From: a candidate division FCPU426 bacterium | GTDB lineage: Bacteria; Oederibacteriota; Muellerivitia; Muellerivitales; Muellerivitaceae | DNA: 64,000 bases | Direction of reading: 5' to 3' | NCBI GenBank assembly: GCA_963847625.1 | Contig: CAWKAR010000013.1 | Coordinates: 64,001-128,000, forward strand | Shown here: positions 52,633 to 61,752 of the stretch, one piece after another | Layout of the letters: each line of letters starts with the position of its first letter | How positions within the stretch are numbered: the first letter of the stretch is position 1 | Position numbers and translations under genes: made by a program | Notes under the pieces: model-generated | What the model was told of the DNA's origin: nothing | What the model saw: only the letters and a program-made list of their open reading frames with translations | The model's database searches: none

Positions 52633-52874
52633 CGTTTTTTCCGGCGGTAGTCGTGGACCACCCGGTCCACGTCGCTTTCATTCCGGATACCCAGGCTTTG
52701 GGCTTGCTTGGCGCCGAATTCCCGCAAACTCTCCCACTGCTTCATGGCGTAATACTTCCCCACCGCCTCATTGACCACCTCGCTGCGGCTTTTATTCTCC
52801 GCCTTGGCCAGTTCGCCGGCCTGCTTGATAGTCTCCGGAGAAAGGGAAAAACTCGCGACAACGGATCTTTTCAT
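52629..52874 (-). CDS. RHH/CopG-type antitoxin
   Basis: SFSLS...LAKAENKSRSEVVNEAV; upstream of the PIN gene. Confidence 0.8.
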   Translation of the reverse strand: MKRSVVASFSLSPETIKQAGELAKAENKSRSEVVNEAVGKYYAMKQWESLREFGAKQAQSLGIRNESDVDRVVHDYRRKKR

Positions 52875-52994
52875 ATCGCCCCCCTGTATTTAATAGAATA
52901 TTAATAATTTATTAATAACATTTCAAATACATTTTTCTTTTTCTTCCGGGCCATCAAGCAGACCCCTTTGCCAACCCCGCATTCCCTCAACAAG

Positions 52995-53016
52995 GTTGTC
53001 GCCGTTTGGCGACAAC
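52995..53016. repeat. Palindrome GTTGTCGCC-N4-GGCGACAAC (second copy 54601-54630)
   Basis: Perfect arms at both loci, each followed by GAGAGAC...ATTTA. Confidence 0.7.
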
Positions 53017-53135
53017 ATAGGGAGAGACCGGAGGAATTTAAATCGAATGGGGAGAGGCTTAAGGGATTGAACACCAAGTTCTAAAAAATTAAGGGATTAA
53101 GGACTTAGCGGGAAAAACCCGGCGGAAGAGGCATT

Positions 53136-53282
53136 GGCGGGGGGGTGGATTTATTCGTGCAAATGAAAATGGCGATGGATTTCGAGACGACGGCCGAAAG
53201 CAACGCGTCCAAAGGCAAGTTTTATTCCGACAATCCCATCATCCTATTTCCCATAGAGATCGGGGCGAATTGTCGTTTCTAG
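53136..53282 (+). pseudogene. 3' fragment of the OMP gene at 56171-56683
   Basis: TTCGTGCAAATGAAAATGGCGATGGATTTCGAGACG is shared. Confidence 0.8.
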
Positions 53283-53423
53283 CAGGGAAGGAAATATCTT
53301 AGAACTCTAAAATGACGAATGTTCCCTATCGCACGCTGTGGGGCGGGCGTTTAGGCCCCTTTTTCGTTACCCCAAGGTCAGCGGCCGGCCAGGGTCATTT
53401 ACCTTCCCAGACCCGTGCTTCTT

Positions 53424-54212
53424 TTACCAGGTGTTCTGGGTCACAACCCCATTGCCGCCGTTATAAGAGGCACCCCCAAGTCCGGTCCCACCATTCGCAT
53501 TCGGCGTTCCGGAATAAGTATTGGAGGTATGGCTGGTTAACAGGATGATTCCGCCCCCGCCCCCTGGGCCCGTACCTGAGTTGGACCCTAAAGCCTCGAC
53601 CGTCCCGTTTCCAGTGATGGTATCGGCTTTGACGTAAACAGTCCCGCCGGCCCCTCCGGAACCGCTTGCCAATCCGCCGTTCATGCTGATGAATCCGTTC
53701 AAGGTGGCCGGACCGCTTGTGACGTTAACCCTGAAAAGAGCCCCCCCGGTCGCGCCATTCGACCCGCTTCCCATGGTCGCGGGGGCTGTGGCAACATCAT
53801 TGGCAGGCCCAAAAGTGCCCGAGCAGGTGCCATCCTCGTCTTCCCCCCCGTAACCCCCGTGACCCGCCCCCGCGCCACAGGAACTAATAAGCGCCCCAGG
53901 CCCCTGGGAGAGGCCGTAGCCCAAACCATCCCCAATGATCGAGGACCCCGACGCCAGGTTGAAATACTGCAGGACGTCCAGGGTGACCGCCCCGTTGATG
54001 ACTAGCGTCGCGCCGGATTGAAGGTTGACGTAACTGTACTTGTAATCCCCCGTGGTGAGCGTGGTAGACCCGGACGACAAATTCAGCGGCGTCGGGGTCG
54101 CGGTGGGTTTAGGGCTGGCCGGGGAACTGTTCGAACAGCCGGTAAAAGTGAGAAATCCCATCCCCAACAAAGCGTTAAAAGCCAGGATCCATGCCAATAG
54201 GCGTAAATTCAT
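53424..54212 (-). CDS. Gly-rich putative surface lipoprotein
   Basis: LTFTGC lipobox, PTATPTP linker, GAGHGGYGG and GGAGG motifs. Confidence 0.75.
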   Translation of the reverse strand: MNLRLLAWILAFNALLGMGFLTFTGCSNSSPASPKPTATPTPLNLSSGSTTLTTGDYKYSYVNLQSGATLVINGAVTLDVLQYFNLASGSSIIGDGLGYGLSQGPGALISSCGAGAGHGGYGGEDEDGTCSGTFGPANDVATAPATMGSGSNGATGGALFRVNVTSGPATLNGFISMNGGLASGSGGAGGTVYVKADTITGNGTVEALGSNSGTGPGGGGGIILLTSHTSNTYSGTPNANGGTGLGGASYNGGNGVVTQNTW

Positions 54213-54982
54213 AAAAGTCTCCCCTTTATTCTTCAGGAATTTTCCTTCTGTTTCTATTTTCGCGAGAAACGGCCGGCCGCCGAAACGGACTTAACCAGCA
54301 GAGTTCCCCACGGGGGTAAGTGTGGGGTTTCATGGAAATGGAATCAAGGCTGGGAGGGTAAAAAGAAAAGAATGTGGTATCCGCCAGTAACCTAGTCAAA
54401 CCGTTTAACCTTGGGGTATGAATGACCCGGTCGGATCACATGCAGGAAACTGAACTAATGAAAAAAAACCCCACCCTACAAAAGTGGAATGGGGTTTGAT
54501 CGGCCCCGGCGAGCGGGCCTATTGGCCGGCATTGCCGTACCTAAAGGTACATAAACAAAAATTCGCGGGATAAAGCCAGATACCAATCCAACCCTTTTTA
54601 TTATGTTGTCGCCGATTGGCGACAACATAATGAGAGACGAAGATGATTTAAGCCGAAGATATAAAAGCTATAGCTGGAGTGACTATTAGCAGATTAAAGC
54701 TTGAGGAAAAAGCTAATCGGCTTCGCCAAGCATTAGAGGGTTTTCGCGGGATTTGCCGATCACTTAACCACCAGTTAAGTGATAATGCTTGGCAATGCCA
54801 ATTGAAAAACAATTGGTATAAAGCAGGGGGATTCAACGGCCTAAAGTAAAATGTTGGCCAGACTCCGGATTTCGTAAGTGCTAAAAAAGTATATGAAGAA
54901 CGGCATATAAGGTATTATGCGCCGGTATTTTGGCGGGTGACTTTCCGCGCCAATTGAACAATCCCAAGTGGAAAGGTTACAT

Positions 54983-55648
54983 ATGAAAAAAAGACTGGTT
55001 GCCGCCTGTTTGACGGTCGCTTTGTTCGGAACTTGCTGCGCGATAGGCTGGGCGTTGGATAAAAAAGGGAAGATGGAGCGGAAAGAGGAAAAGCCCAGCC
55101 CCCAATTAAGGAAGCTTTTATCGGAATATGAAAGGATCAAAAAGAAGCTGCCGACCTTGCCGCCAGCCGACCAATGGCCGGCCTATAAACCCAGTAAGAA
55201 AGGCACGGTCCCGTATGAATTGTGCGCCTGCGACGGTTTCGTCCCTCCGATGATGGTGATGACCTTGTCCGATATGAAGGGGCGTATTCTCGCGCAAACC
55301 TCTACACTTGAATCCGGTTACTGTATTTCGGTGAATATCAACCCCGCGAACTATCCCGGTCCCAATCCGGTGACCTTACTAGTGGAAACCTATTCCGCGG
55401 AACCTTGCCCATTGGCCGCCATAGACACGAGCATCGTCATTGATAATGGAGGAATCACCCCCATCGGAGTTTATGACCGCCCTTACCAGGACCCTCGAAC
55501 CAGTTTCCGGACCTTTGATTTTATTTGGCCATCCAAATTAAGGGCGGGTGGGGATTCCCAAATCATGGGGCAAGTCGTAAACCAAGCGGGGTGGTTGTCT
55601 AAAGCGGTTGGTATCCATTGCCATTGGCTGGATCCCATGGGCCACTGA
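54983..55648 (+). CDS. Secreted hypothetical protein
   Basis: MKKRLVAACLTVALFG signal-like N-terminus; GAAAGG RBS. Confidence 0.65.
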   Translation: MKKRLVAACLTVALFGTCCAIGWALDKKGKMERKEEKPSPQLRKLLSEYERIKKKLPTLPPADQWPAYKPSKKGTVPYELCACDGFVPPMMVMTLSDMKGRILAQTSTLESGYCISVNINPANYPGPNPVTLLVETYSAEPCPLAAIDTSIVIDNGGITPIGVYDRPYQDPRTSFRTFDFIWPSKLRAGGDSQIMGQVVNQAGWLSKAVGIHCHWLDPMGH

Positions 55649-55724
55649 TACAACCTAGGTTCCGTTATTAAAAACGGCTCATCTATTTACGAAAAGTCAT
55701 AAATCATGCCTGACCCCGTTTACA

Positions 55725-56147
55725 TTTCCGACAGGCAGGCCACCCCTTCCGACAGGGCTACCTTGGAACTCCGGAACTAGCCCGGAATTCGGGAACTAGC
55801 CCGGAACTCCGGAACTGGCCCGGAACTTCGGAACTGCCCGGAACTCCGAAACTGCCCGGAACCCCGGAACTAGCCCGGAACCCCGGAACTAACCCGGAAC
55901 CTCGGAACTGCCCGGAACCCCGGGAACCACGAGAACTGCGGGAACCACAGGAACCCCGGGAACTGCGGGAACTCAGGAACCACGGGAACCCGGGAACTAC
56001 GGGAACTCGGGAATCCAGGAACCACAGGAACTCAGGAACCCGGGAACTCTGGAACCACAGGAACCACGGGAACCACGGGAACTCGGGAACTACGGGAACC
56101 ACGGGAACTCGGGAACCACGGGAACTACGGGAACTCGGGAACTCGGG
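55725..56147 (+). repeat. Irregular array of 8-11-nt GGAAC-core units with a ~45-bp leader
   Basis: About 40 GGAAC cores; leader TTTCCGACAGGCAGGCCACCCCTTCCGACA recurs at 59221. Confidence 0.85.
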
Positions 56148-56170
56148 GGTCCTAGTGGCAGGTTTCGGGA

Positions 56171-56683
56171 GTGCAAGGCGGGGAGGTTTTGCCCGCCAGC
56201 AGTGACGCGGTTTCGCATTTAAACGCGGGTTCTTGCGGCGATATCCAGGCGGGTTATGCTTTCCCGGGAAACTTTTCTCTAAGCTTGGAGTACGGCATCG
56301 GGAGTTTCTCCTTTAAAAACCTTCCCTCAAGTATGTCCGCGAATCTGTCCCACAATCCCCTGGAGATCGTGGCCCAATATGATTGCCCGATCGGGGCCGG
56401 ATTTTACCCCTTTGTCCTGCTGGGTGCCGAAATCGCGATGGATTCATTAAGCATGACCCCCGCACCCCCAGCGAGTGCGGTTACGAACTGGACTAATCCC
56501 GAGTTAGACCCCGGCATCGGTATTGGTTTTAATTTGGCGGGGGGCTTGGATGTATTCGTGCAAATGAAAATGGCGATGGATTTCGAGACGCCGGCCCAAA
56601 GCAATGCGTCAAAAGGCAAGCTTTATTCCGACAACCCTATCCTGCTGTTTCCAGTCGAAGCCGGCGTCAATTATTGCTTTTAG
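56171..56683 (+). pseudogene. Outer-membrane beta-barrel gene lacking its 5' end and signal peptide
   Basis: Beta-strand pattern, C-terminal GVNYCF; 5' end abuts the GGAAC array. Confidence 0.65.
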
Positions 56684-56799
56684 AAGTCTTATTGAAAAGC
56701 AATTGGTATGCGGGATGTTCAAGGCGGGAGCAGGATGGGAAATGGCTAAAATCTAAAGTGTTGTGTTTTCCCAGAGCCCAAAGATATCTTCGCTTAAAA

Positions 56800-57090
56800 C
56801 TACCGGGTATAAGCGTCTTTTCGCGGATCGAACGCGATCATGGTAACTATCTTATCCGTCTCATCGATTTCATAAAAAAACCGCCAGGAGCCAATCCTAT
56901 ATCGCCAAGTTTCCGGTTTCCAATCGCGCAATTTTTTTATATTAGGGCCGAAATGCGGTTGGTTTTTAAGCCACGGATAAACATAAGTGCTTAGTTTTTC
57001 CCTGAATTTATGGCGGATGGATTCCGGGAGTTTTTCCATGTCCTCGTAGAATATGGCGGTTTCAAATAGGCGGTAGTTCCCCGGATTCAA
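56800..57090 (-). CDS. RelE/ParE-family toxin
   Basis: IKKLRD...WRYRIGSWRFFYEID...PRKDAY. Confidence 0.85.
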   Translation of the reverse strand: MNPGNYRLFETAIFYEDMEKLPESIRHKFREKLSTYVYPWLKNQPHFGPNIKKLRDWKPETWRYRIGSWRFFYEIDETDKIVTMIAFDPRKDAYTR

Positions 57091-57335
57091 TCCACGAACC
57101 GCCCTTGTTTCTTGCGGGCAGCCTTGGAACCAGCCTTCAGCCTGGATACTAAAGCCGGATTGTTCCTGATTTCAGCCATTTCAGCCTCAGACACCATGGC
57201 GCATTCCCGTAAATGCCGTTTGGCGGCAGTTTCAATCAAATTCGCCAAGGGTCGATTGTCCGCCTCGGCGTAATTCCGAAAAAGCTCATAATCCAGGTCG
57301 GAAAGACGAAGAGTAATGGTTTTAGGCATAATCAT
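57087..57335 (-). CDS. RHH/CopG-type antitoxin
   Basis: KTITLRLS..DYELF..YAEADNRPLANLIE; overlaps the toxin start. Confidence 0.8.
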   Translation of the reverse strand: MIMPKTITLRLSDLDYELFRNYAEADNRPLANLIETAAKRHLRECAMVSEAEMAEIRNNPALVSRLKAGSKAARKKQGRFVD

Positions 57336-57772
57336 TCCTTTTCTTTCTTATTTATTCATTATTATTCTATCGTACTGGCGGAAAAATTTAAAGGGATAAA
57401 TCCAATGCGCCCCATGGGCGTGCCTGTGGGGCTTCTTAGCCTGAAAACAGGATGGAAAAAGGGGCCTCAGCCGGGCTGGCTGGAAGAACTCAATTTAAAA
57501 CATTGCGGTGAGTTCATCGAACCGTTCATCATTCAAAATTCATAATTCGGGCGCACCGGCAGTTGTCAAACAATTTAATGGTTCGAATGAGGCCACGAAT
57601 GAAGAACTCACTTCAATTCATGCCAGCCTTCCATAAAGCTAATTGTGAGGCTGGTATAGTACAAATTTCACCCAATTAACCGGCCACAGGCCGGGAATAA
57701 AGATGTGAATTTGCACATAATTAAAAATTCAAAATTCAAAATTCGGGCGCGCTAGCGCCCGTCAGGGTTCGT

Positions 57773-58936
57773 TCACCCTAACCCCGCGCCCAAGTCCCGG
57801 CCCGGGTGAAGCTGGAGAAGAAACTCATCGCAGGGCAGGCAGAGGATTTTTCCTTTTTTAAGCCGGTCCTTGCCCCTGTACAGGAATAAACCCTTGGCCT
57901 CCGGGTAATCCTCCAGGAACGCCTTGAGGGGCCTCAATTCCTCATCCCTGATTTTCCCGGTGTTCTTCACCTCGATGCCCCAGAACCCCCCCGGGCCGTA
58001 AACCACGAAATCCACCTCGGTTCCGGAATGGGTCCTCCAGAAAGACAACGTGTGCTTGCCCCCGCCATAGGCGGCCCAGGCCCTGATATGCTGGGCCACG
58101 AGGCCCTCCAACGCCGGGCCTTCCGCCTCCGCGGCGCGGTCCAGGGGACCGGCCGGGCGCAAGGACCGGAAAACGCCGGCGTCGAAAAAATAGAACTTCG
58201 GGCGGGTGGAAAGGCCCCGCTTGGCCCGCTTGGAAAAGACCGGAATGGTGAAGGAAAGCAATAGGTCCCCGAGGATATCCAGGTAACCCTCGACGGTTTT
58301 ACGCTCGACGCCGCAATCGCGGGCCACGTTGCTGAGGTTCAGCACCGTGGCGTGGGAGAACGATATGGATTCCAAAAACCTCGAAAAATTCCCGATGTTC
58401 CGGACCAGGCCCTCTTGTTGGACTTCCTCCCTCACGTACAAGGCGGCGTAGGCCCGCAAGGTCTCGTCCGGTTTGGCCGCGCCCATGACCAGCGGAATAA
58501 GCCCTTGCTGAAGGGCGGTCCCCAGGTCGAAATTCCCGCCCAACTCGGCGGCCATGAATGGGTGCATGGTTTGAAGGGCCGCCCTCCCGGCCAGGAGATC
58601 CGACCCGGTGCGTTTAAGCTTCCGGGCGCTGGAACCGGTCAGGATAAAACGGTGCCCCCCTTTTTTTTCGATTAAGGAATGGACCATGGGAAGAAGCTCG
58701 GGGATTTTTTGGACCTCATCCACGATAAAGGTTGTTGGTTTGGCATGGGCCCCGACGAGTTCACCCAGCCGCTCAGGGTGGGTTTGGTGCAGGCGGAGGG
58801 TTTCGGGATCCAGGAGGTCCAGGTATACCGCGGCGGGGAACATTCTCCGGATCCAGGTGGATTTTCCCGTGCCCCGGGGGCCGAATAGGAAAAAGCTGGC
58901 GGCGGGAGGTTTTAAAAATCTGGGAATCGGTTCCAT
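57773..58936 (-). CDS. AAA_14 ATPase with DUF4143 domain
   Basis: GPRGTGKST, VDEVQK, LTGSSA, LAGRA, PKFYFFD, EVDFV..IEVK; true start ATG 58936. Confidence 0.9.
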   Translation of the reverse strand: MEPIPRFLKPPAASFFLFGPRGTGKSTWIRRMFPAAVYLDLLDPETLRLHQTHPERLGELVGAHAKPTTFIVDEVQKIPELLPMVHSLIEKKGGHRFILTGSSARKLKRTGSDLLAGRAALQTMHPFMAAELGGNFDLGTALQQGLIPLVMGAAKPDETLRAYAALYVREEVQQEGLVRNIGNFSRFLESISFSHATVLNLSNVARDCGVERKTVEGYLDILGDLLLSFTIPVFSKRAKRGLSTRPKFYFFDAGVFRSLRPAGPLDRAAEAEGPALEGLVAQHIRAWAAYGGGKHTLSFWRTHSGTEVDFVVYGPGGFWGIEVKNTGKIRDEELRPLKAFLEDYPEAKGLFLYRGKDRLKKGKILCLPCDEFLLQLHPGRDLGAGLG

Positions 58937-59220
58937 ATCTAGTCCAAATTTGGAATTAGTACTTCCATATTTTATCACCTTCCCGGGAAGAAACCATACT
59001 GAAATCCCTGAAAAACCAAAAAAGCGGCCAACAGGAGTTCGACCCCATACCGATTTCTTCTTTAGAAGCCTAAAAGAGATCGGCATAGTCCCCCGGGCTG
59101 CGCCGTAGGCGCTGCGGTAAGTCGGCCATGCCGACGGTACTTCCGCCCCATGCCGGTAGGCGGCATACCCCATGCCAGTAGGTGGTAAGCCAGTAAGCCC
59201 AGTCTTCCGACAGGGGTACC

Positions 59221-60018
59221 TTTCCGACAGGCAGGCCACCCCTTCCGACATGGCTACCTTGGAACTCTGGAACCGGCCTGGAACCACTGCAACTCGGGAA
59301 TCCAGGAACCCTGGAACTCTGGAACCCGAGAACTGCCCGAGAACCCGAGAACTGGCCACCCGAGGCCACAAGCCGAGGGTGATGCTTGCCAGTGCAGATT
59401 CAAATGAAATCTGTGCCCGAGAACTAGCCGAGAACCCGAGAACTACCCGAGAACCCGAGTACTGCCCGAGAACTGGCCACCCGAGGCCACAAGCCGAGGG
59501 TGATGCTTGCCAGTGCAGATTTAAATGAAATCTGTGCCCGAGAACTAGCCGAGAACCCGAGAACTACCCGAGAACCCAAGAATTGCCCGGGATCCCGAGA
59601 ACTACCCGAGAACCCGAGAACTAGCCGAGAACTGGCCACCCGAGGCCACAAGCCGAGGGTGATGCTTGCCAGTGCAGATTTAAATGAAATCTGTGCCCGA
59701 GTACTGCCCGGGATCCCGAGAACTACCCGAGAACCCGAGAACTAGCCGAGAACTGGCCACCCGAGGCCACAAGCCGAGGGTGATGCTTGCCAGTGCAGAT
59801 TTAAATGAAATCTGTGCCCGAGAACTACCCGAGAACCCGAGAACTGGCCGGGAACCCGGTGAAAGCCGGTAAAGTCGGTGAAGCCAGTGAAAGCCGGTGA
59901 AAGTCGGTGAACCCGATAAGGACGGTAAGCCGGTAAGCCGGGCGGTAAGCCCAACAATAAGCGGTAAGGGCGGTAAGCCAGAAAGCCGGTAAGCCAGGCG
60001 GTAAGCCGGGGCGGTAAA
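59221..60018 (+). repeat. Compound array: leader, GGAAC/GAGAAC units, four ~70-bp structured repeats, then CGGTGAAAG/CGGTAAGC units
   Basis: ACTGGCCACCCGAGGCCACAAGCCGAGGGTGATGCTTGCCAGTGCAGATT.AAATGAAATCTGTGCCCGAG at 59351, 59472, 59631 and 59752. Confidence 0.9.
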
Positions 60019-60199
60019 ACCTTCGTCCTGCTGGGCGCCGGAATCGCAATGGATTCATTAAGTATGACCCCCGCGCCCCCGGCGGAGGAACGGCCTGCAT
60101 GTTATCTAATTCGGGCACGTCAGTGCCCGTTACGGTGCGTGTGATCTGACCCCTTGTTCATTTTGTTGGACATTGTTCTCTTTTTATTTTTACCTGTTT

Positions 60200-60466
60200 T
60201 TATTCGTAATGAGTCCACATTCGGATGATCTTGATGGTCCTGCTTTCTTTCAGGATCTGGTAAACCAGCCGATGGTGGATATTGATTCTGCGGGAATAAG
60301 CTCCGTCCAAGTCGCCGACCAACTTCTCAAAGGAGGGGGGCTGCCGGTAGGGGTCTTGCGCCAATAAATCCAAGAGATTTTCGACTTTGGACCTCAAGCC
60401 CGCCGCCGAGACTTTCTTGGCGTCTTTCAAAGCTTGTTTGGTATATCGAAGCTGCCAATTCACCAT
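60200..60466 (-). CDS. yoeB: Txe/YoeB toxin
   Basis: FEKLVGDLDGAYSRRINIHHRLVY...MWTHYE. Confidence 0.9.
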   Translation of the reverse strand: MVNWQLRYTKQALKDAKKVSAAGLRSKVENLLDLLAQDPYRQPPSFEKLVGDLDGAYSRRINIHHRLVYQILKESRTIKIIRMWTHYE

Positions 60467-60702
60467 TGGATCTTTTGGGCTAGTTTTGACACGGGCGTCT
60501 TCAGCCCTTTGCGGATGGATTCACGCATCCCGGGGATGGACAAAAGAAAGAGGGTTTCCTGAATGGCCTTCCAGTCTTCCTCGGAAACGAGGATCCCATT
60601 GTTTCTTTTACCGGTGATTTGGACCGGCTCATGGTTTTTCGCGGTCTGATCCAGCAACTTGTACAAATTGGCCCGTGCCAAGCTGGCAGTCAAAGTAGTC
60701 AT
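60460..60702 (-). CDS. yefM: Phd/YefM antitoxin
   Basis: ARANLYKLLD...PVQITGKR...SEEDW..IQETLFLLS.PGM; GGGAGGA RBS. Confidence 0.9.
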   Translation of the reverse strand: MTTLTASLARANLYKLLDQTAKNHEPVQITGKRNNGILVSEEDWKAIQETLFLLSIPGMRESIRKGLKTPVSKLAQKIQW

Positions 60703-60720
60703 GTTGTCCTCCCTCCATAA

Positions 60721-60738
60721 CGTACCATATTGCGTACG
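60721..60738. promoter_or_regulatory. Candidate TA autoregulatory operator
   Basis: CGTAC-catattgc-GTACG inverted repeat just upstream of the yefM RBS. Confidence 0.45.
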
Positions 60739-60916
60739 TTTTGTCATTCCGAATAATACCAGGGGGTTTGAACCCCAGAAATTCGCGGGATTTGCCCATC
60801 CATCAATCACAAGTTGATGGATGAAGATTGGCAATGTCATTTGCATAAACAAATGATAAAAGCAGGTGGGTTCAACGGCCTAAAGTGTTGAATGGTGGCC
60901 TGACCCCCTTTTTTTG

Positions 60917-61116
60917 CGAACTGGACTAATCCCGAGTTGAACCCTGGTATCGGTCTGGGATTCAAATTGGCGGGGGGCTTGGATTTATTCGTACAAATGA
61001 AAATGGCGATGGATTTCGAGACGACGGCCCAAAGCAACGCGTCAAAAGGCGAGCTTTATTCCGACAACCCTATACTATTTTTCCCAATCCAAGCCGGCGC
61101 GAATTACCATTTCTAG
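60917..61116 (+). pseudogene. 3' fragment of the OMP gene (its preceding piece lies at ~60020-60085)
   Basis: GAACTGGACTAATCCCGAGTT...AATTACCATTTCTAG aligns with 56485-56683. Confidence 0.8.
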
Positions 61117-61219
61117 GCGTGGGGCAGACCCTTATTTCCTGACCGCAAAATATTACGTATTCTATAATCAATAGGCCCCTTTTTTTCGATGACCTTTTTT
61201 TCATTTATATTCAGGGAAG

Positions 61220-61686
61220 TCATTTAGAATCCACAGTTATTTTCATATTTGTCACTGTATTCAATAATTTTTTATTTAACTGTATAAGATTTTCATCAAA
61301 AATTTTTAAATGATTGGTAAAGTTCGACATTGATTCCATATTAATCCGATAATTTTCTCTACTTTTAATAATTTGTAACCTCTGAAAAAGTCGGCTTATC
61401 GCCAACTTTTTCAGCAATCATTGAAGGTAACCCCACGATTTCCCGCGGAAATCTTTGGGGTCGAAACCTCTGTTGGTCGCTTTTTTTGTTTTTCAGAGGT
61501 TTCAATTTCATTTATATTTTCAATTTCCAATGATGTATTTCTAAGATTAATAAACATTTCCGGTTTTTCCAAATAATAACTCGACAAATATATTTTCGCC
61601 AAATCAAAAAAACCCGTTTTAAGTAGTACAAGGGGAAATACAGATGCTTGGTTTTTTGATAAAAATCCTAATTCTTCTATCAACAT
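61220..61686 (-). pseudogene. AT-rich gene remnant(s) next to IS3
   Basis: Two short overlapping AT-rich ORFs; no recognisable motif. Confidence 0.3.
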
Positions 61687-61752
61687 AGTTTGATTTTTAT
61701 TAATTATTTCAAAGTCACTTGACCTTCCCCCAATGTTTGATCCAAATTTAAG

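Noticed and set aside
58937..59371. N-terminal 145 aa of the 532-aa ORF and other ORFs in 55758-56102 and 59070-60118
   Set aside because: Translations of repeat arrays and intergenic DNA; ATPase homology starts at ATG 58936
59346..59825. CRISPR array
   Set aside because: Repeat of ~70 bp is too long, spacers are permutations of the same short words rather than unique sequence, and no cas genes are present
53136..61116. Diversity-generating retroelement (TR/VR) from the repeated OMP 3' ends
   Set aside because: Differences between copies involve all bases rather than only adenines, and no reverse transcriptase is in the window
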